Shown: in pieces, positions 61,613 through 64,000 of the stretch
Numbering within the stretch: position 1 is the first letter of the stretch
How the letters are laid out: the number at the start of each line of letters is the position of its first letter
Assembly (NCBI RefSeq): GCF_018350175.1
Contig: NC_058368.1
Coordinates: 135,038,001-135,102,000, forward strand
Direction: 5' to 3'
From: Felis catus
Taxonomy: Eukaryota
DNA length: 64,000 nucleotides
Program-made: the position numbers and the translations under genes
Notes under the pieces: model-generated
Databases searched by the model: none
What the model saw: the letters and a program-made list of their open reading frames with translations, nothing else
What the model was told of the DNA's origin: nothing

Positions 61613-64000
61613 AGAGCACTTGCCAGGCCTGTTAAAAGAAGACTGGCTATAATTCTTTAATCGTGTTTTCTGGCTTGGGAAATAGAGTTCAAAATATAGG
61701 GGCAAATGGGTAAAACAGAACAGAGAAATTCAAATCTTCTAGCACCTATGGCCCTCTATAGCTTACTGCCCAAACACCTTGGTCACAGGGCATCTGAACT
61801 GCATTTGAATCCCACTGGGGTCTCTAAGAGTTGCCTTTCGCAGAGGGAAACTGGACATTTCAACAGTAGTGAACGGAATAATTGGTACTCTTTATCAGGC
61901 ATACTGCAGCACGAGAGATTCTGATGCTGATTCATCAAAGTGATAGAAAGTCCTGCGGATGGGCCTAGGGTACTGAGCCCAGAAATCCTCCTCCAGGGAT
62001 TCCATTAGTTTGCCTCATGAGGGTTTAGAACTTTGAATGACTCTGGACTGGAAAATTCTCCTGTCTTTATTCTGCCCATTGGCAGCTCTAATCCATCTAT
62101 GTGCCTAAATCAGACATCTTGTGATCCATTTCCCACAACTGAGAAATCAAACCTCACTCCCCTTGTTCTATGCCTGGGCAAAGTGCATGACCTGGCAAAC
62201 AGAAACGGGCTCAACCAAGTTGGTGGGCTATTAGGTAGTCAAAGCGAAGAACTTTACTTGGTCAACACAGAAACGAAAATAACTCGTCCTTGTGAAGCTT
62301 GGTTAAAACGGCATTTGAGCTAAAAGCCCTTTTGTTGAGCTTGAAAATTCTTGACCAAGGGGTGGGAGTCATAAAGTGCTTTATGAGTCACGAGAAGGTC
62401 AAAGGTCACCTTTCAACTTTTAAAACAAGCCTTGGCTACTTACCGTCCCTTGCTTGCCTTCCCTCCTGCCCCCTCCTCTTCACCAGCTTCATCATCTATG
62501 TCCGCTTCACAGTCTATCTGTAATGAATTTGGATCCAGTTCAAGGAATACACAGGAGGACTTCAGCTCCCAGAGCAGGCTGCTCTGTAGGAGGGAGAGAG
62601 AAAAGAAAACACCCTGGGGCGGCTCTGTATTTCCAAAAGATTAAAAATAATTAAACAATAAGATATTCAACTTGGATTATTTTGGGACAGTGATTAATGG
62701 CTCTTCTCTTTCTAATGATACCCTCCTCTAAGCTAATCCTTCCCAACCTCATTTCAAAGAAAATGTTGGTTAACACTTGATTTGTTTCATTCCACGTACC
62801 CTTAAGTAAATCAGGGTTTATTATGGCCCTGACATTCATACCAATCAGCTGCCTCCCTCTCTCCTCTCTTGTAATAATTCAGGGGGAAAGAAAGGAGACA
62901 TTTTCAAAGGCAGCAGTGCTTCACTGAGTAATTACCTAACTACCCAAGTCAATAAATCGTGGGTCAACCAGTACGCTGGGGCTGCAGGGAGAGGTCAGAA
63001 CCCAGGTGTCTCTTAGCCACTGTGCCCAGCACTATGCCCACCGCGAAAGAGCCTCTCGGTAAATGTTTGTTGCATGAATACATTGTAGAAACAAGTATTT
63101 TCTTTTTGTGAAGTGGGAGAGTGAATCCTTTTCACGGGGACCCAGACTGAGGTAAAGCAGAGGTGAGGTGATGCAGCGGCTCACATTGAATTTCTCAGGT
63201 TTCATAATGGGCTCATGCATCCATTCAACAAACATTTACTGAGCACCCACTACGTACTGTAATGTATTAAAATAGGGTTTGCTCTAGCAGAAGTGGCAAC
63301 AAATTGTAAATAATTGCCCCACCAGACAGGAGGTAGCAGTTCTGTCACACTTAGTGCACGGAACATGGAGACATTGAGGAAGTATTAGTTGAGTAGATAA
63401 TAATATAGAAAAACAATAGCCCCAGATTATCTTAAGCATGACATCTCCAAAGCTCATGTCCTTGAATCTTAATGCAGTGATCTCTTGGCAGCCCAGCATA
63501 TTTTGAAGCAATGGTGGATATTCTTAGGTCATTTAATTTAAACTGTAACAATAGAACAGAAACATAGATTTTAGCCCTTGTGTCTCTCCTTACCTTCATG
63601 TGGTCAGGCAGAGAGCCTTTTGCACTGGGAAAGTCGGAAGATTCGTTTGCAAGATGATAATTTAACAAAACCATAGAGGGATTGTGGAGATCATTTAGAA
63701 ATGCAGCAAGGCCATTTCGATAAGTTCATGGTAAATGTAATTGGGAATAAAACCTTGACCTTTGACTTAATGATGAAATTAACATTAAATTTAGCAACTT
63801 TTACTGCATATTTTCAACAGCTTCCCCAAAAGACTTTGTCAGCTTCCAGTTTGGACTTCCTAACCTAAGGAAACTGTTTTTATTCTATAGCTCCAAGAGG
63901 TAACCTGCAAAAATAAGGGTTCATTCTTAATCAACTCCATGGCATCCTATCTTCCTCCATTCACCCAAGCCAGAAGTTTTCCATCTGGACAACAGTGACT

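Overview
This is mammalian, repeat-rich non-coding DNA. It is very likely from a felid, given ~22 carnivore tRNA-derived SINEs of the SINEC/SINEC_Fc type. I could not identify any host protein-coding gene. The main feature is a very young, internally deleted gammaretroviral provirus at 19645-24887 (+, 5243 bp). It has 390-bp LTRs differing at 1 position by my reading, a perfect CCAT target-site duplication and a variant tRNA-Pro PBS. It also has twin GACG-tetraloop packaging hairpins, a glyco-Gag-like leader, a gag with one premature stop and an MLV-type UAG read-through signal. Its pol has an in-frame RT-to-IN deletion plus a frameshift and a stop, and its env is cut down to an 87-aa signal-peptide ORF. 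The cis-acting signals appear retained while all trans functions are broken, which suggests a helper-dependent element. A second, much older two-LTR class I ERV lies on the minus strand at 1919-9457 and carries nested L1, SINE and microsatellite insertions. The rest is SINEs, MaLR/ERVL LTRs, L1/L2/L3/MIR fragments, DNA-transposon fossils and simple repeats. Repeat family names are from recall of consensus motifs, not database searches, and boundaries of old repeats are approximate.
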